DNA from: Octopus sinensis
Lineage: Eukaryota
Reading direction: 5' to 3'
Length of the DNA: 64,000 nucleotides
NCBI RefSeq assembly: GCF_006345805.1
Contig: NC_042999.1
Location: forward strand, 161,758,001 to 161,822,000
A program made the position numbers and the translations under genes. Below the pieces are notes generated by a model. The model saw nothing but the letters and a program-made list of their open reading frames with translations. It ran no database searches and had not been told where the DNA came from. This document shows, piece after piece, positions 1 through 12,710 of this stretch. Numbering within the stretch: position 1 is the stretch's first letter; each line of letters begins with the position of its first letter.

Positions 1-430
1 ATTAGCTTAATAGATACACACTTGAAACTGGTTTTGTTTCATTGGTCCTTTCAACTAATGGTCTTTACAGTGACCGGTTGCACACAATGAACAAATTATG
101 GTATAAAATCATTTTATTATAAAATCGAAGAAAACCTTAAATCAAAAATAGCTTATAAAGAAGGACAGAGCCTAAATAGCCAGGGTAAATAATTATCTGT
201 AGAATATCAATCAATTAATACATTAAAAGTTATATCTGTTTAAAAAAATTTTCATGTTGGATTACATATACATTTAGCAGTATATGCACATACCAAGCCA
301 TCTATAATATACATATATACATTAAACATACAGACACATGTACATAGCTACATACATATACAGACATATATAGGCAAGACATAAATATATATACAAATGC
401 ATATACATATACATATATATATACATATAT

Positions 431-1510
431 CATCATCATCATCATCGTCGTTTAACGTCCGTTCTCCATGCTAGCATGGGTTGGACGGTTCGACCGGGGT
501 TCTGCGAAGCCAGAAGGCTGCACCAGGCTCCAGGCTAATTTGGCAATGTTTCTACAGCTGGATGCCCTTCCTAACGCCAACCACTCCGTGAGTGTAGTGG
601 GTGCTTTTTACGTGCCACCTGCACAGGTGCCAGGCGGGGCTGGCAACGGCCACGGTCAGATTGGTGTATTTTATGTGCCACCGGCACGGAAGCCAGTCGA
701 GGCGGTGCTGGCATCGGCCACGAGTCGGATAGTGCTTTTTACGTACCACCAGACCAGGGATCCTGGCTGGTTCAATTCGATTTCGATTTCGCTTGCCCCA
801 ACATGTCTTCACAAGCAAAGGGGGTTGGCAAGGGTGCCTGTCGTACGGTCGCATTGGAGTATTTTACGTGCCACGGCCACGAGTCGGATAGTGCTTTTTA
901 CGTACCACCACCAGACAGGGATCCTGCTGGTTCAATTCGATTTCGATTTCGCTTGCCCCAACATGTCTTCGCAAGCATGGGGGGTTGGGATGGGTGTCTG
1001 TCGTCGGATGAGGTTCTATATCGACTTCGCTTGCCTCAACCGGTCTTTGTGTCCAAGGGAGGAAAGGCATTCATAAGTGGGCTTGGGCTCACTTGTCCTG
1101 CCTGGTCTTCTCACGTACAGAATATTTCCAAAGGTCTCGGTCTCTGGTCATTTCCTCAGTGAGGCCTAAAGTTCGAAGGTCGTGCTTCACCACCTCGTCC
1201 CAGGTTTTCTGGGTCTACCTCTTCCACGGGTTCCCTCAACTGCTAGGGATTGGCACTTTCTCACACACCTATCTTCATCCATTCTCGCCACATGACCATA
1301 CCAGCGCAATCGTCTCTCTTGCACACCACAACTGATGCTTCTTAGGTACAACATTTCTCTCAAGGTGCTAACGCTCTGTCGAGTATGTACACTGACATTA
1401 CACATCCATCGGAGCATACTGGCTTCATTCCTCACGAGCTTACGCATGTCCTCAGCAGTCACAGCCCATGATTCGCTGCCATGTAGCATGGCTGTTCGTA
1501 CACACGCATC

Positions 1511-1512
<2 letters not shown>
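431..1512 (-). mobile_element. RTE-clade LINE, 3' fragment (end of RT ORF, 3' UTR, (GAT)n tail)
   Basis: YDACVRTAMLHGSESW...RRLRWYGHVARM...GRGRPRKTW, followed by a modular 3' UTR and a (GAT)n tail at 431-447. Confidence 0.9.
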
Positions 1513-1554
<42 letters not shown>

Positions 1555-1742
1555 CCAATTAAGGACTGAAACAAAAAGTGGACAGTTAACATGCTAGATA
1601 TAGACGTCAAATCGCCGAAAAGTGGACAGTCAACATGCTAGATATAGACGTCAAATTGCCATTCTCCACAATGGAGAATGGCGATTTGACGTCTATATCT
1701 AGCATGTTGACTGTCCACTTTTCGTGTTCAGTCCTTAATTGG
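1555..1742. mobile_element. Foldback (palindromic) element inserted in (TA)n
   Basis: Arms ccaattaaggactgaa...gccattctcca / tggagaatggc...ttcagtccttaattgg around loop CAA; the left arm has a 44-bp tandem duplication (1574-1660). Confidence 0.75.
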
Positions 1743-2035
1743 TATATATAAATATTTAATCTTCGGATTCTTTTTTTAATATGCTAGACCACTGGTTTTA
1801 ATTGATAAATATTGATTTCTACCCTTAATTAATTTTATATATATATATATGTATATATGTGTATATATATACATATACATATATACATATATATATATAT
1901 ATACATATGTATATATGTGTATATACATATATACATATATATAAATATATATATATATATATACATACATATATATAAATATATATATATATATATACAT
2001 ACATATATATAAATATATATATATATATATACATA

Positions 2036-2296
2036 TGCGTGTTGTGTTCTTGAGCAAGACACTTTATTTCACGTTGCTCCAGTTCACTCAGCTGTAGAAA
2101 TGAGTTGCGACGTCACAGGTGCCAAGCTGTATCGGCCCTTGCCTTTCCCTTGGACAACATCGGTGACGTGGAGAGGGGAGGCCGGTATGCATGGGCAACT
2201 GCTAGTCTTCCATAAAAACAACCTTGCCCAGACTTGTGCCTTAGAGGGTAACTCTCTAGGTGCAAACCCATGGTCAGTGTCTGACTGAAGGGGGTC
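2036..2296 (+). mobile_element. SINE family D (head lost)
   Basis: ttcttgagcaagacactttatttcacgttgctcc...gaagggggtc. Confidence 0.85.
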
Positions 2297-2316
2297 ATAT
2301 ATATATAAATATATAC

Positions 2317-2347
<31 letters not shown>

Positions 2348-2428
2348 ATATATACATATATATATATACATATATATATATAAATATATATCACATATAA
2401 TATATGGTATACATATATATATATATAT

Positions 2429-2468
<40 letters not shown>

Positions 2469-3161
2469 TGTATGTATATATGTACACACACACATGCATG
2501 TGCACTAAATCTCCTGGCGTATGCTTATATAAGTTAGTTGTTACAGACAAAAGAAAGAGAAAGAAAACATCAGAAAATATTAAGTGGGGAGGGGGACGGA
2601 AGAAAACAGTGGGAAAGAAGAAAAAGAAAGAGAAACAGAAAAGTAGCAAGAGAAAGGCCCCAAAATAGATAGGGGCAGAAAGTGTTACATCCTGGTGCTG
2701 AAAAGTAACCTACAACAATTAGATACATCATATGGCTTGAGCAACAAACACATAAATACGCACGCATAAAAATACGTAAGTACAAATATACATGCAAATA
2801 TACAAAAATATGTACGCAAATACATGCTCACATATATAAAAGTATACATACACATTATATATGTGTGCATATATATATATATATATATACATACACACAC
2901 ACATATATGTGTATATATATATTATATATATATATATATATATAATATATATATATATATTATATATATATAGCATAATTAAATACATGAGTCAACGATA
3001 AAGCTTGGTCAAGTTTAAGCTTAAATTTGTAAAACAGTAAAAAGCTTTCTTAAAAATGAAGTCGAAATATACACTAGCATTGCGATGCAAAATAACTATA
3101 CCGTGTAAATTCAAATTCAAATGCGACAGTCAAAAAAATGTGTTTCAAAAGTCAAAACATT

Positions 3162-3341
3162 TTACCCATATGGTATTTTGTCAGTTGACATTTTAAACTT
3201 TGCGGCATGCCTGCAGGAGTTTAAGAGCTCACGTCTCTGGTTCAAAGTATTTTTATCCTGGAACAAGATGAAGAACTTTTCTGAGAGGCAAAGATTACAT
3301 TTCATAGGTCTTTTATAAGCTCCATGTCTGTATGCTGGACA
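3162..3341 (-). mobile_element. Penelope-like element, GIY-YIG C-terminal remnant
   Basis: CPAYRHGAYKRPMKCNLCLSEKFFILFQDKNTLNQRRELLNSCRHAAKF: CxLCxxEK...LN.R.E...CRH tail typical of PLE endonucleases; lies between (TA)n tracts. Confidence 0.7.
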
Positions 3342-3630
3342 ATCACACCTCTGTCATCATTGCAATCAGATATATTGGCCTTATCAGCCACAAACAAGCA
3401 TGCAGATGATGTGGAGAATAGCCTTCCTAATCTTCGTCAGCGAAGCCAAGCCAAGAATGAATACTAACTGTATTAGAAATGCATCATGGTATATATGTGT
3501 GTGTGTGTTTATAAATAAATATATGTGTTTAAATATATATGTGTGTGTGTGTATGTGTGCATTTATATATATATATATGTGTATCCATATATATATATGT
3601 GTGCTTATATGTATGTTTATATGTGTATAT

Positions 3631-4046
3631 ATTCTTTTATTCTTTTACTTGTTTCAGTCATTAGACTGCAACCGTTCTGGAGCACCACCTTGAGGGGTTT
3701 TAGTCAAACAAATTGACACCAGGACTTATCTTTTTTTGTTTTTTAAGCCTAGTACTTATTCTATCAGTCGCTTTTGCTGGTCTGCTAAGTTACAAAGGCA
3801 TAAACACACCAACACCAGTTGTCAAGTGACGATGGGGACACAAACACAGACACACATAGATATATATACATATATATATATATGACAGGCTTCTTTCAGT
3901 TTCTGTCTACCAAATCCACTCACAAGGCTTTACTTGGCCTAAGGTTATATTAGAAGACACTTGTCTGATGTGCCATGCAGTGGAATTGAACCTGGAACCA
4001 TGCAGTTGGGAAGCAAGCTTCTTACCACACAGCCACACCTGCACCC
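3631..4046 (-). mobile_element. tRNA-derived SINE family A
   Basis: About 400 bp: A/B-box head, ccttgggcaag body, internal (TA)(TG) tract, (GAGTAAAA)n tail; diverged copy. Confidence 0.85.
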
Positions 4047-4099
4047 TATATATATATTATATATATATATATATAGATATATATATATATTATATATAC

Positions 4100-4130
<31 letters not shown>

Positions 4131-4140
4131 CATATATAAC

Positions 4141-4179
<39 letters not shown>

Positions 4180-4253
4180 CTACATATATATATATATACA
4201 TATATATATATATTATATATACATATATATATACATATATATATATATACATA

Positions 4254-4292
<39 letters not shown>

Positions 4293-4388
4293 CCATATAT
4301 ATATACATATATATATACAGATATATATAACATATATATATATAATATATAATATATATATATGTATATATTATATATATATATATAT

Positions 4389-4701
4389 CATCATCATCAT
4401 CATCATCATCATTTAACGTCCGCTTTCCATGCTAGCATGGGTTGGACGGTTCAACTGGGTCTGGGGAGCCGAAAGCTGCACCAGTCCAGTCAGATCTGGC
4501 AGTGTTTCTACAGCTGGATGCCCTTCCTAACGCCAACCACTCCGAGAGTGTAGTTGGTGATTTTATGTGCCACCGACACAGGTCCGAGACGAGGCTGGCA
4601 GACGGCCACGCTCGGATGGTGTTTTTATGTGCCACCGACACAGGTGCCAGACGAGGCTGGCAGACGGCCACGCTCGGATGGTGTTTTTATGTGCCACCGA
4701 C
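4389..4701 (-). mobile_element. RTE LINE 3' UTR copy (5'-truncated)
   Basis: Same sequence as 431-700 (catcatcat ttaacgtcc...ctggatgcccttcctaacgccaaccac). Confidence 0.85.
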
Positions 4702-4789
4702 AACATATATATATATATACTATATATATATATATATATATTATCTATATATATATATATAATATATTATATACATATAATTATATATA

Positions 4790-5205
4790 TATCTGTCCTG
4801 CGACTCAGGTCTTTCTTTGCTGACCTGCCACTAATGCTTCCTTGTGACCAGTCATTCCTTCTACAGTACCTCTGGATATCTCTACCTGGACTCACATGTT
4901 TGTAAGAAATGATGCCATCAAGGGACCATGCACACCTCCCTTACACAGGACCCTATTGTGTTCTTAGAAGCACACCGAAACTGTTCACTGTGGACATTCA
5001 CAGGAAAAAAATAGACTGTCTCTATCGACAGAGTAAAAAAGGCCTTTTCTGAAACATTTATGCCACTTGCTGACACACCATCATTCTACAAACACTCCCA
5101 CCCACACAGGCACTACCTCCACTCACCAAAATACCAGCTACACAAACAGGACACATTCTGGCAGATCGGTTTATTGGCCGAAGGAATTGTCTCAGACTAT
5201 TTACA
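4790..5205 (+). mobile_element. Gypsy integrase C-terminal remnant
   Basis: Frameshifted THMFVRNDAIK / PYTGPYCVLRSTPKLFTVDI / TVSIDRVKKAF, then THSGRSVYWP. Confidence 0.6.
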
Positions 5206-7056
5206 TTTCTTAACTTTTCTTGACAGTGACTGTTCCAGAGAATTGACTTATGCTGCTAGAGACACTGCATTCATATTTTCTCTCTTTCTGTATCATTGTG
5301 TGTGTGTGCATATGTATACTAGTGCAAACATGCTATCTTAAAGATAGCATGTTTTACATTGGTTTGATATCATTGTGTCAGATATTACTATATAAATCAC
5401 GTGAGACAGTCTTTTCCAAATTGCATTTGAGCCTACCTGTCAGCTATAAAAGCTCACCTCTTTCTAGTCTCAACGTCTGTTGGTTTCAGACTTTCTAAGG
5501 TCTAACCACTGACCACATTGCAGCGACTTCCATCTCCATCACCACCTAACCATCTAAAGTGGTGACCCAACATGATGTGGACACTAACTTGTTCTATTTG
5601 ATGGACACCTTTCTTTGCTGAACGTTTTTCCTTTTGATTGTTAAGTGTTTTGCTCATATTTTTTTTTTTTAGTTTATTGTTCAACATTCATACATACATA
5701 CATACATACATGCTGTCTGCCTCGTGCTATCCACTCCAACACACTTCTAGGTTTATTCTAGCAGAAAGTTTTTCTCAAGCCCTTCCTCATCCGGCAAAAA
5801 TCTCCTCACATGTTTTTGTCATGTGTTTCTTCTCTGATTTGTAAGAAGCACAAACTACCTCCTATAAACGCCTTTTTTTGCCTTTGCATATCATAGCATT
5901 CCATACATTTTCTTGCTTTGGTGCCTGATCAACACAAAGTCTCTTGCATGTCGGAACTTCCTTCTTTTGCCACCATCTTTATGGCTTAACTCGCTTCGCT
6001 AGTCACTGTCACTTTTTTAACACCTACAGCCTTGCCTCTGCAAATGACTCACTGCTTTGCAGGCAAATTCTTGGCACTGCTCACTCTCACAGCAGCCAAT
6101 ATTCTCTCATTTACTTTGATTTTTTGCATTCCCATCAAGGTTTGCTGGCTATGTGACCTTTTTTACCTCTTTGCTACAGAAATATCTTCCTTTTATCATC
6201 AAAATGACTTGGGTTGGGGACTGTTTGTAGCGAACTCTAGTGAGCTTCTTCTCTTGTATTACATACTTACAAACGTAGCAGGTAGCAGCTAACCTTTGGG
6301 TGCTGTTTTAGACCCTGTTGTGTCTAGCTCTCCAATTGGTTGGTATTAGTGCAAATTGTCTCTTACTCTATCGCACGTCAATATGCAACCCAACCAATCA
6401 CAACCTTCAAATAAATCACGTGAGACAGTCTTTTCCAAATTGCATTTGAGCCTACCTGTCAGCTATAAAAGACCATGAGGTCTCTCGCCAACATCGTCAA
6501 TGACATCTACACAGCACAACACACTGCACTGCTCATGAGCTTTCCTCACCAGGGTTAACAGCTAACATACAACCCACGCAGACGCATGTAGATATATGAA
6601 CAAATGTACATCAACCACTTCCATTCAGCTTGTGTGTATATATGTGTGTGACCACAATAAACATATTTAAAGTTACCACCTTGTATTTTATACATTCTTT
6701 ACCGGGTTCCTACCACTGTAACATTACAGCCTTCTGAACAGTCTCATCAGATGACACCACATAACATCTAAAAGTACCACTGGTGATTTGGAGTTGATTA
6801 GTGTTTGTATTCTCTTTTCCTTCATTAAAGTTTAACTTCCTGTTAATGTAAAAACCAAAAGAAATTTTTCAACTCAAAAATTTCAGTTTCAGACAAAATG
6901 TCAGTTCTTAAATATTTTATTCCATCTCTCCCCACAAGATACAAACTTATTTAAACTATTGAAGTGCAGTATTTAATTTTTGGTTGACACCACCACCACC
7001 AACACATCAGTTTCTTTTCCATCAGTGAGAAAGTCAATGTGAGAGAGTCTCTAGAA

Positions 7057-7310
7057 CAGTGTTTCTTAACCATTTTTTACCTTTGGACTCCTCTGATTCC
7101 TATTTTATTTGGATGTACTCTCCTAGCCATCCGATGCTTAAAAGAGCCCATTAAATTTTCTATGATTAAATATTATTAGTTTCTGTGTAAGAAAGCTTGT
7201 TTTGTGTATTGTAGGTGTATAATCAATTTATTGCAGATAAATTTTAACCAGAAAATCTTATATGGACCCTTACTCACCAGGGACATATGGACACCAGTTG
7301 AGAACCACTG
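7057..7310. mobile_element. hAT (Charlie/Buster-like) MITE
   Basis: TIRs CAGTGTTTCTTAAC / GTTGAGAACCACTG; 8-bp flanks ctctagaa / gtctagac. Confidence 0.7.
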
Positions 7311-7368
7311 GTCTAGACGGTCATTCGGCATGCTCAAACAGTCACCAAATCATTCTCAGATCACACAT

Positions 7369-7769
7369 ATCTTCTTTATATATAAAAGTGAGGTTGTGTG
7401 CTGTCTGTCTCCTACGATTTAGATTCCTAACTACTCCCACATTTTGCGGTGCAGTTTAACCAAAACCGGGTATCTTATAGTCATGATTCATATCAAGCCC
7501 TTCTGGGTATTAGCGCGCGTCTACGATGAGTCTACAATTTGAAAAAAATTTACCATCAATTTTTCCCATTTTTAATGCATTTTTGGCATATATAAGGGAA
7601 GTAACTCTCTAAAAATTTATTATTAAATCTCAGAACGTAAAAAGCTACAGTAACACCCCTTCCTTTGTGGTTAGCCATATTGAGATGGCTATTATACTTT
7701 ACATCTCTAAAAATGCTTATATAGTTATTTCCCTTACAAACCCGAGCAACGCCAGGCGATACTGCTAGT
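7369..7769 (-). mobile_element. Helitron/Helentron-like non-autonomous element, family H1
   Basis: 5' ACTAGCAG + CCYGGCGTTGCTCGGG hairpin, 3' TTTTATATATA..GAT, no TSD; near-identical to the other H1 copies. Confidence 0.65.
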
Positions 7770-7912
7770 ATTTTTAAAAATTTTAATCCTAGATCTGTTT
7801 GATCTAGCAACAATATCCAGTTTCTCTGATATCAGTTTCTTTAATAAATGAACAATCTTTGCCTCTGCTGTTTCCCAACCTTATCTGTATTCATTCTCTC
7901 ATTCTTCTGCAG

Positions 7913-8064
7913 AATGTTTTTTCCAGAAGGGAGATTACAATTTTGCTCTGCAGGACTATGAACAAGCCTTGGAGTTAGATCCCTTGGACAGGAAACATTT
8001 TCCTAGGATTTCTGAACTCTGTTACTTGTTAGCACTACAGTACTACACTGACCGAAACTTTGAG
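7913..8064 (+). CDS. TTC16: TTC16-like TPR protein, internal coding exon (phase 1 to 0)
   Basis: ttcttctgcAG acceptor and GAG/gtagag donor. Translates (E)CFFQKGDYNFALQDYEQALELDPLDRKHFPRISELCYLLALQYYTDRNFE, a TPR helix pair resembling, from recall, human TTC16 GDCFFQLGNLAFAEADYQQALALSPQD. Confidence 0.85.
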
Positions 8065-8316
8065 GTAGAGAAATATTTTGAATTTCTGTCTGTATATACA
8101 GCTGTGTGTGTGTGTGTGGTGTGTGTGTGTCTGTGTGTGTGTGTGTGGTGTGTGTGTGTGTGTGTGTGTGTGCATGTGTGTGTGCGCGTGTGCATGTGTG
8201 TGTGTGTACCATTATGTTAGAATGTACATGCATATGTATATCTGTATGCTGTTGTGTACAGAGAGCAAAGCTGTAAGCGTGTATGCATATGTGAATGTGT
8301 TTGTGAGAGAAACTAT

Positions 8317-8706
8317 GCTGTGTGGTAAGTAGCTTGCTTACCAACCACATGGTTCCGGGTTCAGTCCCACTGCGTGGCATCTTGGGCAAGTGTCTTCTGC
8401 TATAGCCCTGGGCCGACCAATGACTTGTGAGTGGATTTGGTAGACGGAAACTGAAAGATGCCTGTCGTATATATATATATATGTTTGTGTGTCTGTGTTT
8501 GTCCCCCTAGCATTGCTTGACAACCGATGCTGGTGTGTTTACGTCCCCGTCACTTAGCAGTTCAGCAAAAAGAGACCGATAGAATAAGTACTGGGCTTAC
8601 AAAAGAATAAGTCCCGGGGTCGATTTGCTCGACTAAAGGCGGTGCTCCAGCATGGCTGCAGTCAAATGACTGAAACAAGTAAAAGAGTAAAAGAGTAAAG
8701 AGTAAA
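8317..8706 (+). mobile_element. SINE family A
   Basis: Family match. Confidence 0.9.
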
Positions 8707-9142
8707 GGTATGAGTATATGGGTTACAATGTCTATGCATTTAAGCATTCTGGAAGGGAAGCTTATGGAAGCTTACAGACCCAGCAAACTGAGGAGCAGTA
8801 GAAAGGATTATTGTTGTTGTTGCTAATGTTTCGATAGAAATCAATATATTGATATTCTTTTCTACTCTAGGTACAAGGCCCGAAATTTATTGGGGTGGGG
8901 GGGCAGTTGATTAGAACTACCCCAGTACACAACTGGTACTTAATTTATCAACCCTGGGAGGATGAAAGACATAGTCAACCGTGGCAGAATTTGAACTCAG
9001 AAAATAAAGACAGATGAACTACCACTAAGCATTTTGCCCGACCTGCTAACGTTTCTGCCAACTCACCACCTTAATCAATATATCAATATTGTCATGACTT
9101 TTATTAACATCATTTTATCACCTCCACCACCACCACCTTCTT

Positions 9143-9175
<33 letters not shown>

Positions 9176-9750
9176 ACTACTACTACTACTACTACATACA
9201 CTATTGCTGCTACAACCACTTCTTTTTCTTCTGTGATACTTTTATTGAAATATATCATGTATGTATATGAAACAAAACCACAGCAAAAATACAAATCCAA
9301 AACCAGGAAAAGAAAATGGGAAAGAGGAACAAAGATAGCAAAAGAAAGAAAAAAGAAAAAGAAGTAAAACAGAAACAAAACAAAGCGGGGGGATGGGGGA
9401 CCCCACATCAATTAAGGGCAGAACCTTGCTCTGATGTCCAGATCTTTATTGAGGATTTTGTTGCCATCCTCTAGAGCTTGTCTTAGTTGAAGCACATCAA
9501 CCAGATCCCTAAGGGAGCTTGGACTTGTTTTGCCCATGCTCTCTCCAAGCTATTGAAGAATGTCTCTCTATCCAACAACACCAGAGATTGGCAGAAACTG
9601 TTCCTATTCCCTCTGGTCTCTCTCTCCATATGACAAATGCAAATACTGGACCCCTAATGTCTTCCCTAAAACAGCAGTTCGAGCTGTTCGAGTCCACCCC
9701 AACCACTGTTCATCTCATGTCAGGGATCAGTACAGATCCAAACAATGGTT

Positions 9751-10156
9751 ACCCTTTTACTCTTTTACTTGTTTCAGTCATTTGACTGCGGCCATGCTGG
9801 AGCACCGCCTTTAATCGAGCAACTTGACCCCGGGACTTATTCTTTTGTAAGCCCAGTACTTATTCTATCGGTCTCTTTTGCCAAACTGCTAAGTAACGGG
9901 GACATAAACACACCAGCATCGGTTGTCAAGCAATGCTAGGGGGACAAACACAGACACACAAACACACACACGCATATATATATATATACATATATACGAC
10001 AGGCTTCTTTCAGTTTCTGTCTACCAAATCCACTCGCAAGGCTTTGGTCGGCCCGGGGCTATAGTAGAAGACACTTGCCCAAGGTGCCACGCAGTGGGAC
10101 TGAACCCGGAGCCATGTGGTTGGTAAACAAGCTACTTACCACACAGCCACTCCTGC
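9751..10156 (-). mobile_element. SINE family A
   Basis: Family match. Confidence 0.9.
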
Positions 10157-10942
10157 TCTTAACTTAAAGGAAGCCATTAATGTCAACTTCAGTGAATTTC
10201 ACATTAAAGGGGCTGTTTGCTTCCTCTCCTCTCTGTCTTCCCTCACTCAGTGCACAAATGATTCCCTCAATTGATTGGAGAGACATCCTCTGGCCCCTCT
10301 TGATGACTACTACCCTGGCCCACAACCCACCAGGCTTTTTACAACCTGTTTTCACCTCTGGGCTCTGGGACTGGGATTGATGGCTTACAATCCCAGCATC
10401 CCAAAGATGTTATCTCTCTGTCAGCCAGTGATGCCAGTCTTGAACTCTTGGAGAACCTAACCCACTTCTTCAACATGTCCTCATCTGAGTGTGTTGTTCT
10501 CTACATTCACCCCTTGTTTTTTTGGGCCAAACTATTTGGTCTTGTAAAGCCTAATGGTGACTTCCACCCCATAGCAGTTGATTGGACTCTTCTACAGCTC
10601 ACGGCAAAAGTGTCTGTCCTCAGTTTCAGACTGCTTGTCCGCCAAATTTTCCCCTAATCAGCTAGGGGTGAGTACAAAGTCAGTGATCAAGTTCGTACAT
10701 GTATTAGTGAGTGATTTAGTGAGTGACTTAGTGAGTTGGTGAGGAGATAGCAAGCAAATTAGGGAGTGAAGTAGTGATTGCAATACTGAGTGAGTCAGTG
10801 AGTGTGTTAGTGAGTTAGTGAGTGAGTTATTGAGGGACTTCATCACAGTATTAGAGAAAGTTTGTGAGTTCTTGAGTGAGTGAAATAGTGAGAGTTTTAG
10901 TGAATGCATCAGGTCATCCCATAAGTAATGTTTAGGTTTTAA

Positions 10943-11163
10943 CCCTTTCGTTACCAACCCAGCTGAAACCGGCTCTGGCTCTTTAGTACAAATGTCTGGT
11001 TTTCAAAAGTTCTGAATTAAAACCTTCCACCAAACCTTAGTCACAATTTATGTCCCTAACTCTAGCTTAATGATAACGATGTTATTTTACTTAATTCTTT
11101 GTTATATTTAACATAATTGGAAGAAACACTGAGCATCTCAAAATAAATTCAGTAACGAAAGGA
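10943..11163. mobile_element. piggyBac-type MITE
   Basis: TTAA-CCCTTTCGTTAC ... GTAACGAAAGGA-TTAA; TTAA target duplication. Confidence 0.8.
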
Positions 11164-11229
11164 TTAAATAAGGAAAACAAGCCATCAAATCTTACATTTT
11201 AATGAAACCTAATCATCAATATAGTTTCC

Positions 11230-12200
11230 ATAATTATTTATGACATCTTTCCACCTATTCATAAGCTTTTCAATCCCATCAATGAAAAACTATTTTGGCT
11301 TCGAAGAGAGAAGAATTCTGGATGGCCATTTTCGATTTCCTCGGTTGTTTCGAGAGTTAATCTATCCAAATGATTCTGAAAACAACAGAACAAATGGTCG
11401 TCTGAAGGAGCAAGGTCTGAGCAATTTTCTGCCAGCCAAGTTCCTTGATCTTCTGTGATGTGATCTCTGCCATGCAGGGTCTTGCATTGTGCTAATGAAA
11501 CATCACTCCTCCAGGCCCTTTTTTTCTTCAAAGCAGCATTCAAATGCTCTTATTGCTGACAGTAGATTTGAGCATTAATTGTTGCATTAGTTGGAAGCAC
11601 CTCAAAGTAGATTACTCCTTTGCAATCCCACAAATCAGAGAGAAGAACCTTCTTTGCATGGAGTTCCCTTTTGAGTTGTGGTTGGGCTTTTTCCCCTTCA
11701 CCAAGCCAATGTCTACAAAGCTTAACATTTTGATAATAAAAGACTCAATTTTCCTCACCAGTCTGTCCAAAAAGTACTAGATGAGTTCATGAGAACAGAG
11801 AGAAAAGCAGATATCCTCTTGGGGTTTGCAGTTGGCTTCAGACAAATCATGAGGCACCCATTTTCTGAGAATTGGTACCTTCCCAGTGAAGATGGTAGTG
11901 AACAGTTGTATGGCTTAAAAGAAGCTTACTTGCCAATTCTTTCTACTGAAACTGCATGATCTTTTTCAAGTCCTGCCAAAAGTATCTTGTCATCATACTC
12001 AAAGGGATGTCCTTTTGGGCCTCATCTTCAAGGCTGAAATCTCCACTTCTGAATTTTACAGACCATCTTCTGCAAGTTCTTTTATTCAGGTACTCTTCTC
12101 CATAAGCTGAGTGAATATTTTGAGTCACTTCAGCTCCTGAGTTCCTTTTTTTAAACTCATAAAGTAATGTGTGCCTCAAATGCTCCTTAGACACTTCTAT
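11230..12200 (-). mobile_element. Mariner transposase pseudogene
   Basis: MSKEHLRHTLLYEF...RTCRRWSVKFRSGDFSLEDE (HTH) and SDLAPSDDHLF (YSPDLAP-like motif). Confidence 0.85.
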
Positions 12201-12710
12201 GTTTGAAGAGCTATAATTTGTGAAATTTCAATTAGATTATCCTGCAAAATGAAATTTAATTAGTTTAAATATGTCCAAATACATATAAATATTACTTGAT
12301 GCCATTAGACATTCTAAAATACTGTGAAAGCATTTACAAATTGAAAATATAGAAGTCTGGACATTACTTACAGGATAACCTGATAGTCAGTCAGTTATTG
12401 TGTGAGTCAGAGAGTGTGTTATTAATTGTATTACTGAGTGAGTCAGTGTGTGTATTAGCTAGTGAGGGAGGGAGGGAGAGAGGGAGGGCAGGACTGAGTG
12501 AGTGAGTGTATTAAAAAATGAGATAGTAAGTTATTGAGTGTATTAATGAGTGCACTACTAAATGAGATAGTAAGCTTATTAGTCAGGCTATTAGTGAAGG
12601 AGTTAGTAAATGAGTTAGTGAAGGAATTAATGAGGGTATTATTGAGTGTGTTTTTGAGTGAATTGGTAAGTGAGTTAATGAATGCATTAGTAAGGGAGAT
12701 AAAGGTTAAA

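Larger units (their letters stand above)
1826..4760. repeat. Cluster of long imperfect (TA)n tracts
   Basis: 1826-2035, 2297-2470, 2860-2970, 4047-4388 and 4705-4790; source of the YIYI ORFs. Confidence 0.95.

Noticed and set aside
71-184. Candidate upstream TTC16 exon (tttacAG ... G/gtaaat)
   Set aside because: All three frames from this acceptor hit stops, and the peptide does not resemble the expected LYINRG-ending exon.
468-1076. 202-aa ORF and similar ORFs at 4442, 18399, 20849, 24433, 54471
   Set aside because: Antisense readings of the RTE 3' UTR, recurring with different frameshifts in each copy.
4555-4700. CRISPR-like periodic repeats (about 62-nt modules; also the 69-nt and 83-nt repeats)
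   Set aside because: Eukaryotic context, spacers are homologous to each other, no cas genes; explained as LINE UTR modules or tandem duplications.
1187-4823. Many ORFs rich in [12 protein letters not shown] (also at 35813-36751, 42087-42374, 54301-54902)
   Set aside because: Translations of (TA)n, (GT)n and (CA)n microsatellites that happen to lack stops.
6700-6760. CTGATGA on the minus strand (similar hits near 15258 and 3431)
   Set aside because: No GAAA core at the right spacing and no convincing stems; at most a very decayed hammerhead.
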